Source: Octopus bimaculoides | Taxonomy: Eukaryota | Length of the DNA: 63,614 nucleotides | Direction: 5' to 3' | NCBI RefSeq assembly: GCF_001194135.2 | Contig: NC_068992.1 | Coordinates: forward strand, 20,576,456 to 20,640,069 | In this document: piece by piece, positions 1 to 13,136 of the stretch | How the letters are laid out: each line of letters starts with the position of its first letter | How positions within the stretch are numbered: position 1 is the stretch's first letter | The notes under the pieces: generated by a model | What the model saw: only the letters and a program-made list of their open reading frames with translations | The model's database searches: none | Told to the model about the DNA's origin: nothing | Translations under genes and position numbers: made by a program

Positions 1-27
1 ATACATATATATATATATATATATATA

Positions 28-66
<39 letters not shown>
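1..66. repeat. (TA)n/(TG)n compound microsatellite
   Basis: Directly visible dinucleotide runs. Confidence 0.97.
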
Positions 67-68
<2 letters not shown>

Positions 69-967
69 TACCATCGGCAAGGTATGGTTTGGAAGGGATA
101 CATGGAGAAAATGCAAAAAAGAAAGCTTTAGATACGAAAAAAAAAACAAACCCCAGAATATATAAGTGAAAGATGACAGACATCGGTGAACGTCACATAT
201 AAAAAGATATAAAGTATATACACTAAAAGAGAAAGAGCGAGAGAGAAAATGAGAGAGGCAGCTACATGTGACCGCGCTTGTGAATGAAGAAAAATAGTCA
301 TTTCTTTGAAAGAGAAGTATGCACGCACTCACATACTAGCATCCGTGTGTTGTGTGAAGTGTAGTGCGTGCATATATAAACATTAAAATGGACAGAAGGA
401 GAAGGTAGAAATTCTTTATAGAAATATAAATGGTTACAGAAGTAAAAATAAAATAATGAAGAGTATACAGATATTAAGATATCTTTTTTTTTTTTCATTC
501 TTATCATTTGCACCGTATAGTGGAGGTTTTCTGGGAACAACTCTTCTTTGACTTTTTTAATATAACCGATTTTGAGAACGAACAGGAGGGAAACACAAAC
601 ACGTATAAGGAGGAGTAAGACGTTATTCGTATAGTGCACTTGATAATTTATTAATCATTCACAAAGGGATATAAGTCAGCGAGGAGTAAAATATATATTG
701 AGAAATTAAAGACAGAAAAGCAGATCACGTGCACATGAAGAGCATGTGTATAAAAAAAGAAAGTGAAACCTGTTATATAGATGACAGATTAGTAGATGAG
801 TAATTTTTTTTTTTTTTTACAGGATATCAATGAATACAGATAAAATGTAGCGGGGAAAGAACGAGATAGGTCAATATAAAAAAAGAGACAAAATCAGTAA
901 AACGAAAATGGAAAGGGAATCTATAGTTGCTTCTATGCGGACATGCAACTGTCGCGTTCACTTTCAT

Positions 968-1018
<51 letters not shown>

Positions 1019-1230
1019 GTAATGGAGGCATGTCATATTTATAGCTGTATATATAAGCATATACATGAGAGGGAAAGAGAGTGTGAGAGAGAGAGAGAGA
1101 GTGAAAGAGAGAGAGAGTGAGACAGAGAGAGAGTGAGAGAGAGAGAGTGAGAGAGAGAGAGAGTATGTGTGTGTGTGTGTGTATGTTTGTGCGTGTGTGT
1201 GTGCGCGTTTGTGTATACATATATATAAAT
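968..1230. repeat. Compound (TA)n, (GA)n and (TG)n microsatellite region
   Basis: Directly visible; explains the YIYI/ERER/HTHT pseudo-ORFs. Confidence 0.95.
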
Positions 1231-2551
1231 AATACAGCAATGGACGCATCTTATATCTATACATTTTTATATAATCATGTATACTTGAGAGAGAGCGTTG
1301 CGCGCGCGCGCGTGTCTGTGTGTTACCGAATTATAGCATACATATTTTTGTGTAATGAAATAACCTATAATTTCCTACCATCCACAATAGTAAGTAAGCA
1401 TTTTCAATAACAGAAGGTACGTAACTACTTATTCGCTAGTGCACATGTACACATAAATACACTAACACACACTCCTGTGTACATATATAGAATATTTCCA
1501 TTCGGCTAGTGATTGAATTTCTCAGTAAAATATAGACATCAAATATCACATAAGACGTTATATTGTTTCTTTAATTCTTGGCATATGTTTTAACTCTTGT
1601 TTCTATCCGCTTTGGCAAGCAAACCTGTATATTTATTTTTAAGAAAGAGTGGCGGACAAAAGATTAGTTTCATTTGGAGGGAAACAAGAGAAAGGGGAGT
1701 ACGAGGCGGTGAAGATAAGGATATTGTAAGGAAGGGGGAAGCGTGAACAAAGAAAGTGAAACAATACAAGATGGCTACAGGGATAGAACGGTAGACAATA
1801 TAGGTTACGTTTTCAGTGGAAATTAACTTCTCTTCATTGGAGATATACTCCATTTTATATAGCTATTTTTCTGTTCGGTCTTTTATCCATGCTTGCAGAC
1901 ACCTGTTTTTCCTTATGAATTATGTATGATCCTACTGGTTCCAATTCCTGCTTATAAAGTATAGAAATTGGTTTTGCACATGTAGATTACATTTCCACGT
2001 CGCTCGTCTGTATGATGGACAGCAATATGTTTTTGCTTGTCCTATTCATAAAATACCTCCACTCTATCGTTCTTTCTGTAAGATATTCGAAAGTGTTTTT
2101 GAGGAATATATGTTTGAATATATACTTTTCTTATTTGTTGCCTTTCCACTCCAGATATACAAATACGATGTAAAATAGCAGTCTGTTCACTTCGTTCGTA
2201 GTTATTTAGCATTGCAATGAAAATTATATTCCCTTATGCTTTTTTTATTTAAATTTTGGAGTGTGATACCAATATAAAAATTCTATAAATTTTGGGGAAC
2301 GTGTCATGAAATATCGGTTGCCGTTCACCTAAATATCAAACAAGTGAAAGAAAACAAATGTTCTTCAATAATTAATAAAACATTTCCTTTACACTCTGTA
2401 ACAGGAAACTGCAAATTTTAGGATGCAATCTCAGTGAATTTCATTTTCATTAAACTTGCATATCTTGTGGTATATTTTCGTTTTCGGAATGGGGCTTGAA
2501 ACTAAAGCCCTCAGTGTAACAAAGTAAATATAAATAAGGATAAATAATGAC

Positions 2552-2552
<1 letters not shown>

Positions 2553-2609
<57 letters not shown>
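2553..2609. repeat. (AGT)n trinucleotide microsatellite
   Basis: Perfect agt run. Confidence 0.97.
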
Positions 2610-2632
2610 ATGATATTTTCTAAAAAAAAAGT

Positions 2633-2823
2633 CAGAAGGCCAGAAATTTGGAGGGAACTGGATTAGCCGATGACATCGAAACACTGTTTCACCGGTAGTT
2701 CATTTATAAATCCCAAAATGATTAAAGGCAAAATCAACTTCGACAGAATTTGAACTCAGAAATGAAGACTGGGGAAAAACGGCTAAGTGTACCGCCCGGT
2801 GTGCAACGATTCTGCCAGCTCAC
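2633..2823 (-). mobile_element. tRNA-derived SINE, family A (diverged)
   Basis: Reverse complement begins gagctggcagaatcgttgcacaccgggcgg..., has a B-box-like gagttcaaat, and aligns by eye with the copy at 20435-20650. Confidence 0.85.
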
Positions 2824-2959
2824 GGTCTCATAATAATAACAATAACCCCTAACCTTGAAATATATTTTGTCATCCCGCTACTGTGTATTGAAATACCTCC
2901 CAATTCCTCCTTCTAATATACTGAACTCTTCACAAAATCATTTCATCTTTTCTATCAAC

Positions 2960-3110
2960 GCCTCAAATGTAAGACTTCTTTCCTGAAAACCGGGGCTGGT
3001 ATTATCTGATGTTGGGATCAATTTACAATCATTATTTTGGACCACTACACCCACAGAAACAGCTGTTGAACTGGTTAATCTCTTATTCAAGGCCTTTCAT
3101 TCCTGATATC
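2960..3110 (+). mobile_element. Possible Penelope-like reverse transcriptase fragment
   Basis: Frame reads LVLSDVGINLQSLFWTTTPTETAVELVNLLF, resembling the PLE RT motif (S)FDV.SLFT.IP..TI.....LF; short and degenerate. Confidence 0.3.
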
Positions 3111-3291
3111 TTTTATATTCTAAGTCGGACCTTTTTTTATGTAAACATATGTACATTTTTTGTATTAAATATACTTAATAATTTTTGTATGTCGACTTGC
3201 CTAACTTGCTTCCCTTACATTTACTCCTCTACGTGCTCAGGGTTATATCTCCCGAGCACTACAAAGTGTATTCTATACGGGTAATATCTAA

Positions 3292-3329
<38 letters not shown>

Positions 3330-3893
3330 NNNNNNNNNNNNNNNNNNNNNNNNNNNNNNNNNNNNNNNNNNNNNNNNNNNNNNNNNNNNNNNNNNNNNNN
3401 NNNNNNNNNNNNNNNNNNNNNNNNNNNNNNNNNNNNNNNNNNNNNNNNNNNNNNNNNNNNNNNNNNNNNNNNNNNNNNNNNNNNNNNNNNNNNNNNNNNN
3501 NNNNNNNNNNNNNNNNNNNNNNNNNNNNNNNNNNNNNNNNNNNNNNNNNNNNNNNNNNNNNNNNNNNNNNNNNNNNNNNNNNNNNNNNNNNNNNNNNNNN
3601 NNNNNNNNNNNNNNNNNNNNNNNNNNNNNNNNNNNNNNNNNNNNNNNNNNNNNNNNNNNNNNNNNNNNNNNNNNNNNNNNNNNNNNNNNNNNNNNNNNNN
3701 NNNNNNNNNNNNNNNNNNNNNNNNNNNNNNNNNNNNNNNNNNNNNNNNNNNNNNNNNNNNNNNNNNNNNNNNNNNNNNNNNNNNNNNNNNNNNNNNNNNN
3801 NNNNNNNNNNNNNNNNNNNNNNNNNNNNNNNNNNNNNNNNNNNNNNNNNNNNNNNNNNNNNNCACACACACACACGCACACACACACACACAT

Positions 3894-3944
<51 letters not shown>

Positions 3945-4808
3945 ACACACACTAAAGCACAAGCGCGAAAACACGCATACATTTAATGATTGTGTACACA
4001 TACAAGATTCTAAACAGACGCAAATTTCTATACATATGTGTACAAATATCACACACACACACACAGACACGCTCATATTCACACGTTATATATGCAACCA
4101 TATGTTGAGTGTATTCAAATTTATGCTCGGTTCAATGTGTATGCGTGTGCGCACGCTCGTGTGTATGTCTGTATGTGCGTTCGTGCGCATAAGACCACAC
4201 ATTATCCTAACCCTGTAGGAATATTTTCCCAGAAGTTTATGAGCATCCTTATTATTGTTGTCATATTTATGGTCATCGTTGTCATTTACAATATCATTAT
4301 TATTATTAGAATTTATATTATCATTGTCATTTCTATTTTCTTTATCAATCATTCCTATTATTTGCTATGATTTTAGTAATATTGTGAAATAACTGTTTCT
4401 ACATTTCGCACAGCTACTTTCATCAGTAGCCTGTCTTTTTGCCTCCTGAGTTGAATAAAATAGTTCTAGCACGTCGGAGAAAATCCATATTTGACATCAT
4501 ATTTTGAGTATTTAATTCCTAAGTGATAACTACTAAGACACTCGTTCAATTTTTTTCTTTGTAATCGATACCCAACAGCACATGCCCACATATGCATATT
4601 CCCACACGCACACTCGCACACACACGTACACACATACATACACACACACACACACGTATATAACACTCACATGTATATCCATTGCTATATATATGTATAC
4701 ATATATATAGTTAATTCCATATATGTTTATGTGTGTGTGTGTATAAATACTACACGCATATATAGACACACGCGCATATATAGACACGCACACGCACTCA
4801 CACACACA

Positions 4809-4831
4809 TAGATAGATAGATAGATAGATAT

Positions 4832-4866
<35 letters not shown>
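4809..4866. repeat. (TAGA)n tetranucleotide microsatellite
   Basis: Directly visible. Confidence 0.95.
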
Positions 4867-4867
<1 letters not shown>

Positions 4868-4892
4868 ACAATAATGAATCTCTGATATGTAA

Positions 4893-5026
4893 ACAGTAGC
4901 TGCACGACATCGTGAAGTATGTGTGCCACCTAAATGTGGCTGACCCATTATGGGACGATGCTACTATAGTTTATAGCCCCAGGAAGATAGCTCCTCCAGC
5001 TGGCTAACGACACACTGTCTGTGCCC
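4893..5026 (+). repeat. Unclassified interspersed repeat, family C (about 130 bp)
   Basis: acagtagctgcacgacatcgtgaagtat...ccccaggaaga...ctccagctggct..gacacac recurs at 40289-40416 (-) and twice at 44799-45025. Confidence 0.85.
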
Positions 5027-6684
5027 GAACTTTGTAACGGAAAAATAAATTGACCTGTCAATATGTTCAAGTCTTGCATTATGATTATTTGTGTATTAAA
5101 AATGTATTAAAATATATTAAAATATATTAAAATATTATTGTCAAAAGATGTATCAAAATGTACAAAAATAATATTGTCGTAAATAACGGAAAGAAAATTA
5201 TCAATGCAGTCAGTCTCAAAGCATCATTCACTTAGACATTACAAACACTGAACATTCGAAAAAGTAAGTGAATTACAATAAAAATATACACGCAAGTCTA
5301 CTTATATGCAAATAAGTACTACAACAACTTTTCAATTTTTATTAGTATGTCTATATAAATATATGCATACATACACTGACACATGTATATGTTTATATAC
5401 ACACACATATGTATATGTGTGTGTGTGTGTGTGTGTTTGTACGTATGTATCTCCGTATGGTGTACATGCGTTCACTGCAATGTGTGTGTTTGTGTGTGTG
5501 TGTGCGTATACCCGTGCATGTGTGTGTGCGTGCTTAAGATTGAATTGTTCTTTGCTCACTTCATCTGAAATTGTTTCGATACTAATTCTTTTTCTGAAAC
5601 TAAATGTGTTTTCAGTAACTTTAAAAAAAATATTACTTAATTATCTGAATTTTCCGGAAAATGTTCCATAAAAATGAAATACAAAATGCTTTTTCTGTGT
5701 AACACCCATCAAGGAAACACGTGCGAAAAATTTAGAAAATTTCAGGAAATGATTAAATGTAACGCAACCCATTACACGTTTTGAAGCATCGTTACATGCC
5801 TTGGAGGTAATATAACATCATGACACTAAATCACATCCACATCTTTGAGCTTCAGAAGATAAAAAGTAAATATAAAGAAAGAAAACCTAATTCATGTGAT
5901 GTTACGTAAATTATTTAAGAATCTCCAGAGATTCCATTGTATAGAAAAAAATCCATATTTTATATGTAGAGTTTATTTTCGTTCTAGAAAAAAAAAATTC
6001 CATTCTACCCTGCATGTTTTTTTCAACTAATTAATTTATGATATCTATGACATTAATTCTTAAATACTAGAATAGTTCTTAAAATATTGCATTATAGTAA
6101 ACTTTAAATAAAATTTATCACTAATGTAATTTTATATGTTATGTGTAGGTTTCTCAACTCTGAGCCATAGATGTTGAGAAGTTTTAAGTTAAGTTCTTTC
6201 TGCACTTAATTTCTACATTGGCAATAATGTGGTAGAGGAATATATCAACGCGTTTGTAATACTAGCATCAACGCGTGATTTTTATGGGTGACAACATAAT
6301 CAAATTTACCATTTTTTAACAGAATGTGCAACATTATATGAATAATCGTTTTCTATATCATGTATATCGCTTGATAAAAAACTGGCAGCTTTTTCTTATA
6401 TCTTATTTGTAATAGGAAAATATATTCAATTAGCAATGTTTTTCAGTACAAACGAAAAGCAATAATTCTGGCGTGTGATGAGGATCTACAAAATACATTC
6501 GCTTTCCCAACGTCTAATGGGCAAAATCTTCTTGGGTAGCAATATATGTATCAAATTTGAAGTTTGCTACGCGCACACACACACACGCGTACACACACAC
6601 ACGCACACACGCACACAAACACACATATTTAACTACTCACGTGCTGTTAACGATTTATTTTCCTTCTTTGGACTTTCGCTTTCA

Positions 6685-6790
6685 CCTTTCTGACGAAGAG
6701 CTATGCTCGAAATATCAAATTATTTTCTTTCACCGAGCGCCAAGCGAATGTACTCCTTGTACACATCCTGTTGTTCTCCGTTAATTACAT
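6685..6790 (+). mobile_element. Short repeat with Penelope-type minimal hammerhead-like motif, copy 1
   Basis: ctgacga-a-gagc-tat-gctc-gaaa-tat-c at 6690-6716; downstream sequence (ttttctttcaccgagc) is shared with the copy at 54735. Confidence 0.55.
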
Positions 6791-6826
6791 TCGTTTATTT
6801 GAATTGACTATATGTGTGTGTGTATA

Positions 6827-7590
6827 AGTGGTGTGATCAATAAGTATCCGGACTATACCCGGAGTAAAGCTGTTTGCAACAGATTAGACCTTGAACTCTG
6901 CTGTGCATGTGCAATATGGTTTAACGTTCTAGCGCACTTCCACTGTTTTCAGCAATGCTTGGAAAGAAGATGTGTAGTGTGTGATCATCGCACTAACCAA
7001 AACAGAAATTTGAGCCGAGAATTTGCATCAAAGTTGGCCAAATGTTTGGCAATACCTGCTCAAATACCTACGCAGATTTGTTTTAAAGTTTTCACCGTCC
7101 TCGGCACAATCAAGGAGAACTTGTACAACTGAAACCCGAGTGTATTTACTGTTAGCTGAAAGCAGTTTTGGCGCAAACTTGGGTGACATAATCACATCTT
7201 CAGAGATAATGGTATGAACTGAACCGTAACTAATCTGCACTTCCTCTGATTCGATGATTTCCCATCATAGCTGCATGCACATCTGTGATTTTGTCTCAGT
7301 TCTGCTGATTTCTGGTCTCCTGAACTGTTCGTCAATATCGGCATTTTTTAGGTTGTCTTAGAAGCGTCTGAACCACTCGTACACGTGTGTGCGGCTCATA
7401 AACTCCTCTCCATACACTTTCTGCAACTTTGCGTAGGACTCTGAACAGGAATCACAATGACACCTTTCTGTCATTGCGACGATCACACGCTACACACATT
7501 CTTTCCAAGCACTACTGGAAACAGAGGAATTGAGCTCGGACGTTAAATCAGAGATCAAGGTCACTCTTTACCCAGCGACTTTACTTTGGA
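6827..7590. mobile_element. Non-autonomous mariner derivative with internal inversion (fold-back), copy 1
   Basis: Starts gtggtgtgatcaataagtatccggac after TA; the minus strand of 7075-7440 encodes a mariner N-terminal region (YAKLQKVYGEEFMSRTHVYEWFRRF, QISYGSVHTIISED, FAPKLL); 6880-7074 is mirrored at 7427-7590. Confidence 0.88.
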
Positions 7591-7619
7591 CCCCGCAAAG
7601 TTTGGAGGTTATCTTTGAA

Positions 7620-7770
7620 AGGTTAACCGAAAAAAAGCGACCGCAGTACTTATATTTTGAAAGGCTGGTACTATACGACATTTATCCAGTATTCCAAATA
7701 GTGGAACCGAACCAGAGACCATTTGATTGGAAAGCAACGTCTTCTCGGCACTCTGCTTTAACGGCTATAA
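7620..7770 (-). mobile_element. Highly diverged, internally deleted tRNA-SINE family B remnant
   Basis: Reverse complement gagaagacgttgctttccaatcaaatggtctctggttcggttccact...aagtactgcggtcg parallels the family B head and tail. Confidence 0.55.
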
Positions 7771-8773
7771 CGTCCCCAGCAATCGCAATATTGTCCAATA
7801 CGTCGTTAAACCGAGCAAATCGTGTTGATCGATGGAAGACAATTCTAAAGTGTTGTAGATTTAAATAAATTTCGAAATTATATAGTTGCCTCTTTGTCTC
7901 AAAACTAGACAATTTTTGACACCAACACTAAAATAATAACCTGAACGGAATACCAACACAAGCAATTATTTAAAATATATTCATGTATCTCATAATGGCT
8001 GAACGGGCTGCAGCAATGAAAGAAAGTTTCTATTTATGTATAAACGAGTGGAAATAATTATCTTAAAATATAATTATGGAGTGTTCAAACGTTAGTAGTT
8101 TTCAATATACCTAAAGAAAAAAAAAGTTAAGCTCGAAGAAAAACGATTTCCTATAATTCAATAACTGGCTTTTTAATTGAAACGTGTCTTTGAACGAATT
8201 GCATGCTACTCTTTTATCGTTCAGTATACATAATTCGAACCCGTACTGTAGTGATAAACTACAATATTGGGTTATATATAAAATATACTACAATTACTTG
8301 CGATATATGAACCAGTCATCTATCTCATAACCGCTTACGCAATGTCCCGTATTTTTTTTAAAAAAACAATATTTACCGATATTACTGATAAAATGATGTA
8401 CGCAATTAATGCTAACAATTTTTACTCTTGGAACAAATATTTGCCCTGCAATGTTTTCCAGAAATTTCATAAAATATACACGTGTTTGCTATGTTTCCAA
8501 AATAAAAGAATATTATATTTTTCTAATATAAACCGAAAAAAAAAGAATATAAAAAGATATCAAGCGTGTGGAATATTCCAATATATTTGAAATTCAAATT
8601 TTCCGTACAGAGTTTGAGGTGACATAAAACCAACTTAAGCGCTACTTGCAAGTAAAATTTAGATGTTGTATACGTATGTGTATATATACATTCACACGTA
8701 GATACATAAACACACACATAAATATGTATATATGAATACGTGTGTATGTCTGTGTGTGTCAGTGTGTGTATGG

Positions 8774-8835
<62 letters not shown>

Positions 8836-9432
8836 TACATATATGTGTGTATGTGTGAGTAATTATATATATATTTATGTACTCATATTAAAGAGAAACA
8901 TATTGAACTTCATAATCAATCTCTAATAGAAAAATGAATAAACACATTTAAAAAGTAAAAATAGTATTAAAAATATTTTAAATAGCTATTTTTTTAATCT
9001 AAATTTCTTTTAGTGACTGAAGAAAATTAAATTTTGTGTCTCTATTTTCTGTGAATATTTCATGGTTCACTAGTTTATTTAAAACCGGAATGATGGCTGG
9101 GGAAATAACGTTTAGTCTATGTATATGAAGAGGTGTGTGTAAGAGAACATGTTATGAAATTTAAAGCATAATTACATACTGGGACACTTTGTAAAGTCGC
9201 TGATTAGCATAGTCAGTATAAAGCTCAGTTATTCAAACAAAGTGCGTAGTAAAAGTTGTGATATCAAGACTAATATATGTATTGTGATTAGACTCCATAA
9301 GCATCTATCTACTACAAAAGTTTATTGAAAATTTTAATGAAATTCTACTATATAGACTAAACTAATATTTATGTATGCATACAAACATGCATATGTGGTT
9401 GTAAATACGTGTGTACGCATGTATATATGTTT

Positions 9433-9493
<61 letters not shown>

Positions 9494-10136
9494 NNNNNNN
9501 NNNNNNNNNNNNNNNNNNNNNNNNNNNNNNNNNNNNNNNNNNNNNNNNNNNNNNNNNNNNNNNNNNNNNNNNNNNNNNNNNNNNNNNNNNNNNNNNNNNN
9601 NNNNNNNNNNNNNNNNNNNNNNNNNNNNNNNNNNNNNNNNNNNNNNNNNNNNNNNNNNNNNNNNNNNNNNNNNNNNNNNNNNNNNNNNNNNNNNNNNNNN
9701 NNNNNNNNNNNNNNNNNNNNNNNNNNNNNNNNNNNNNNNNNNNNNNNNNNNNNNNNNNNNNNNNNNNNNNNNNNNNNNNNNNNNNNNNNNNNNNNNNNNN
9801 NNNNNNNNNNNNNNNNNNNNNNNNNNNNNNNNNNNNNNNNNNNNNNNNNNNNNNNNNNNNNNNNNNNNNNNNNNNNNNNNNNNNNNNNNNNNNNNNNNNN
9901 NNNNNNNNNNNNNNNNNNNNNNNNNNNNNNNNNNNNNNNNNNNNNNNNNNNNNNNNNNNNNNNNNNNNNNNNNNNNNNNNNNNNNNNNNNNNNNNNNCAC
10001 ACGAACACAGAAATATACACACACATTCACAGACGTACACATACACACTCATATAAATATATGTATGTATACTGCATACAGTCATTAGATATTCGTATAT
10101 TTACACAAGGTGTTCATGCACACAATTATACACATA

Positions 10137-10798
10137 TGTGGTCTGATCAATAAGTATCCGGACTATTGCTACAGTAGCGAAACTAAATCACAAAGAGTGA
10201 AGCCACTCGGTACAGATTGACCTTGAACTATGTTGTGCATGCACATTGGGTTTTAAAGTTCTAGTTCTCTTCTGCTGTTTACAGTAGTGCTTGGAAGGAA
10301 GATGTGTAGCGTGTGATCATAGCATTGACAATGACAAAGTTGAGGAGATAACTTGCATCAAATTTTGCCAAAAGGCCTACACAAAATTTTCAATAGGTTT
10401 TCATCGTTCTAAAGGAGATCTTGTGCAACTGAAACCCGAGTGTGTTTTTCGTCAGCTGAAAACAGTTTTGGCACAAACTTGGCAGACACACGCATCATAA
10501 ACAAATCTTCAGTGATAATGGACTGAACTGAACCGTAACTAATCTGAACATCCTCTGATAACTCCCGGATGGTGATTCGACGATTTCCCATTACAGCTGT
10601 ACGTACATTTGCGTTGTTCTCCTTAGTTCTGGTGGTTGGTTAATATCGACATCATTTTCTGTCATGACTCAACCACCCGTACATTTATATGCAACTCATA
10701 CACTCCACTCCATACACTTTCTCAAACATTGAGTATGCATCTGATTAAGTAACCCCATGACCACTTTCTCTGTGATATTGAGCTAGAACGTTAAAACA
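10137..10798. mobile_element. Non-autonomous mariner derivative with internal inversion (fold-back), copy 2
   Basis: Same terminus gtggtctgatcaataagtatccggac; minus-strand NRRITIRELSEDVQISYGSVQSIITEDL..RVSAKFVPKLFSADEK; same switch point as copy 1; right arm ends gagctagaacgttaaaac. Confidence 0.9.
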
Positions 10799-10811
10799 AT
10801 GTATGTATAGA

Positions 10812-11108
10812 ATCTTTTGTTTGTTTCAGTTATTTGATTGCGGTCTTTTAGTCGAGCAAATCGACACCTGCACTTATTCTTTGTAAATCAAGTACTTATT
10901 CTATAGGTCTCTGTTGCCAAATCGCAAACTCACCATCGCTGGTTGTCCATAAATAGTGCGAGAACAAATACGGACACAGAAAAACAAACATCCGCTCAGA
11001 AGTCTTTGGTCGGCCCGAGCTATAGTAGAATACACTTGCCCAAGATGCCACGAAGTGGGAATTGGAACCATGTAGTTGGGAAGCAAGGTTCATACCACAC
11101 AGCCACTA
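10812..11108 (-). mobile_element. tRNA-derived SINE, family B
   Basis: Reverse complement gtggctgtgtggtatgaaccttgcttcccaactacatggttccaattcccact...ttgggcaagtg...ctatagctcgggccgacc...gtcgatttgctcgact. Confidence 0.88.
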
Positions 11109-12497
11109 CATGTACATGAAATTATATGCACATGCACACCGGTTTGCACTTTCACGATCCAATGTCAATTACAGATCCAACAGAGGAAGGCTTTCAAGAA
11201 TGGGATTTACAAAAAATAAGTACACAAATGTATTAATGTTTCCCTGAATCTGTTTCAAACGCATCTTTTATTCATGAATAATTACATTACATTATGAAAT
11301 AAAGCCCAAAAAATAAACAACGTTTCCTTTTGGTGAATTAAAATAGTTATATTTCTGTCGGGAAAAAAATACCAACATGTGGTATGTGGATTGAACTTCT
11401 CGTTTCGGTACCAGTGAAGAGAGTGAGGACATACGGCGTATTAGCTAGATTTCCTAGATTTACGGGACATAAAACAATTAACAGACAATGCCATATTGAA
11501 TTTTTCTTTAAAAATGCATTGAAATATAAGAGGAATAAAGAGAGAAAGAAATATGAAAGTGAGGGGAGAGAGGTGAGAGCGGTTAGATTAGGGTTATGAG
11601 CGTAGTGTACAAAGGGTACTTACCCTGACGCGCTGAAAGAAGAATGACAACGGACACAAGGCAATTAAATTGGAACATTTATGTTTATACATGCTTACAT
11701 AAACTCATACTCGTTGCAGACACATCCTTTTATGAGCACGAACATATAAACACAAACAAACACACACATACACACACACACAAACGCTTACACAAATATA
11801 TGAATATATATTTCGCCGCTCTCCAATGGTCTACTCGGGATACATTAAGATCAGTAACATGCATTAAGCGATATACATATGTTTACGTATATGTATATAA
11901 ATGTGTGTGTGTGTGTGTCTGTGTCTGTGAAACCATTGAGTTGTTTAGCTGAAACGTATTTGAGTATGCTCATAAATAGCTCCTTTGCATTTATTCTGGC
12001 TACCGCTTATTATTCCAACCTTCCAAAGCAATTTTATGCAATGGTTATTAGTCTGGTGCCGCTAAAGTGTAGGATGAATATATTAATAACAAGAACGAGA
12101 ACGTTTGGATTGAAATTTATGAATGTACGCACAGACGCACAAACACACACACACGTATATATATATAAAACAAAGCGATTGGTTAGCGATTATCAATCCA
12201 CGCAAACACTCCATAAGCACTCAGTTGGCAAACTAGGCTAATAATATTGTTCAGATTAGTAAAGAACTCCAAGTATTCTTATAGCATGATCCGTGGTTAT
12301 AGTTCGTCACAATTGTACATTATGAATCCGTGGTTTTGCTCCACATATATATATATAGAGAGAGAAAACAGCTGTAGACTCTATCCATAAAATATATTTC
12401 TAACTGTACCATTGTTCTCTTGATCCTTTTCTCTATTTATACATACACACGCTAATACACGACTTATACTCCCCAATCCTGTTTATACAACGATTGG

Positions 12498-12547
<50 letters not shown>

Positions 12548-13136
12548 TGTGTTTATATTTACAAATATATTTACATATTGTTATTTATGCTTATGTGTGT
12601 ATGTGTGTGTGTGTGTGTAGTGTAGTGTTGTATCGTACGTGTTACTTTAAGCTCTGTCTCGTTTTGAGTCCATGACAAGGGACTCATGGGGTCTTATGGT
12701 GTTTGGAGTTATATATTCAGCTCTATTGCTCCCAGATCTAGTTAAACGCGAAATAAGAGCCCCTGTATTTTTCCAGCTATAGCTTAACTCGCATGCAAAC
12801 CTCTCGATGAAAGGACCGCTCGCTCTCGTTAAAATTATCCTTTTGGAGAAGGTAAAATCGCGTTAAAAAACCTCAGTGCAGTTAGTTTGTCATCATTTTA
12901 ACTTTTGCTGTGTTACTGATTTTAAAACTTAGTGAGAGGTAATTTGGTTTGGCATCAATTTTTCCACTCAACACAAATTCTTACTCAAAACAAATTCAAA
13001 CAAGAACTTCTCAGACTCTCAGAATATTTGTTTGGACTTAATCAGATTAGGAAGTAGTCTTACTCTGTCAACATATGAAATTCAAAAAGAGAAACAATCA
13101 TTTTACCTCTTCGTCAAAAAAATGATATATTCATAA

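Noticed and set aside
521-614. Exon-shaped segment EVFWEQLFFDFFNITDFENEQEG... with a downstream gtaaga
   Set aside because: No recognisable product; such signals are frequent by chance in AT-rich DNA.
1810-2175. Hydrophobic open frames and an AG/GT-bounded 92-nt segment (LHFHVARLYDGQQYVFACPIHKIPPLYRSF at 1986-2077)
   Set aside because: The acceptor is weak, I recognise no homologue, and several frames on both strands are partly open, so no call can be preferred.
7530-7912. Overlapping 112-aa (+) and 76-aa (-) ORFs that look protein-like
   Set aside because: They overlap the mariner right arm and a decayed SINE head on the minus strand; no recognisable domain.
12640-12880. Segment reminiscent of an RTE 5' UTR (ggagaaggtaaaatc...aaacctc)
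   Set aside because: The similarity is from memory and too short to support a call.
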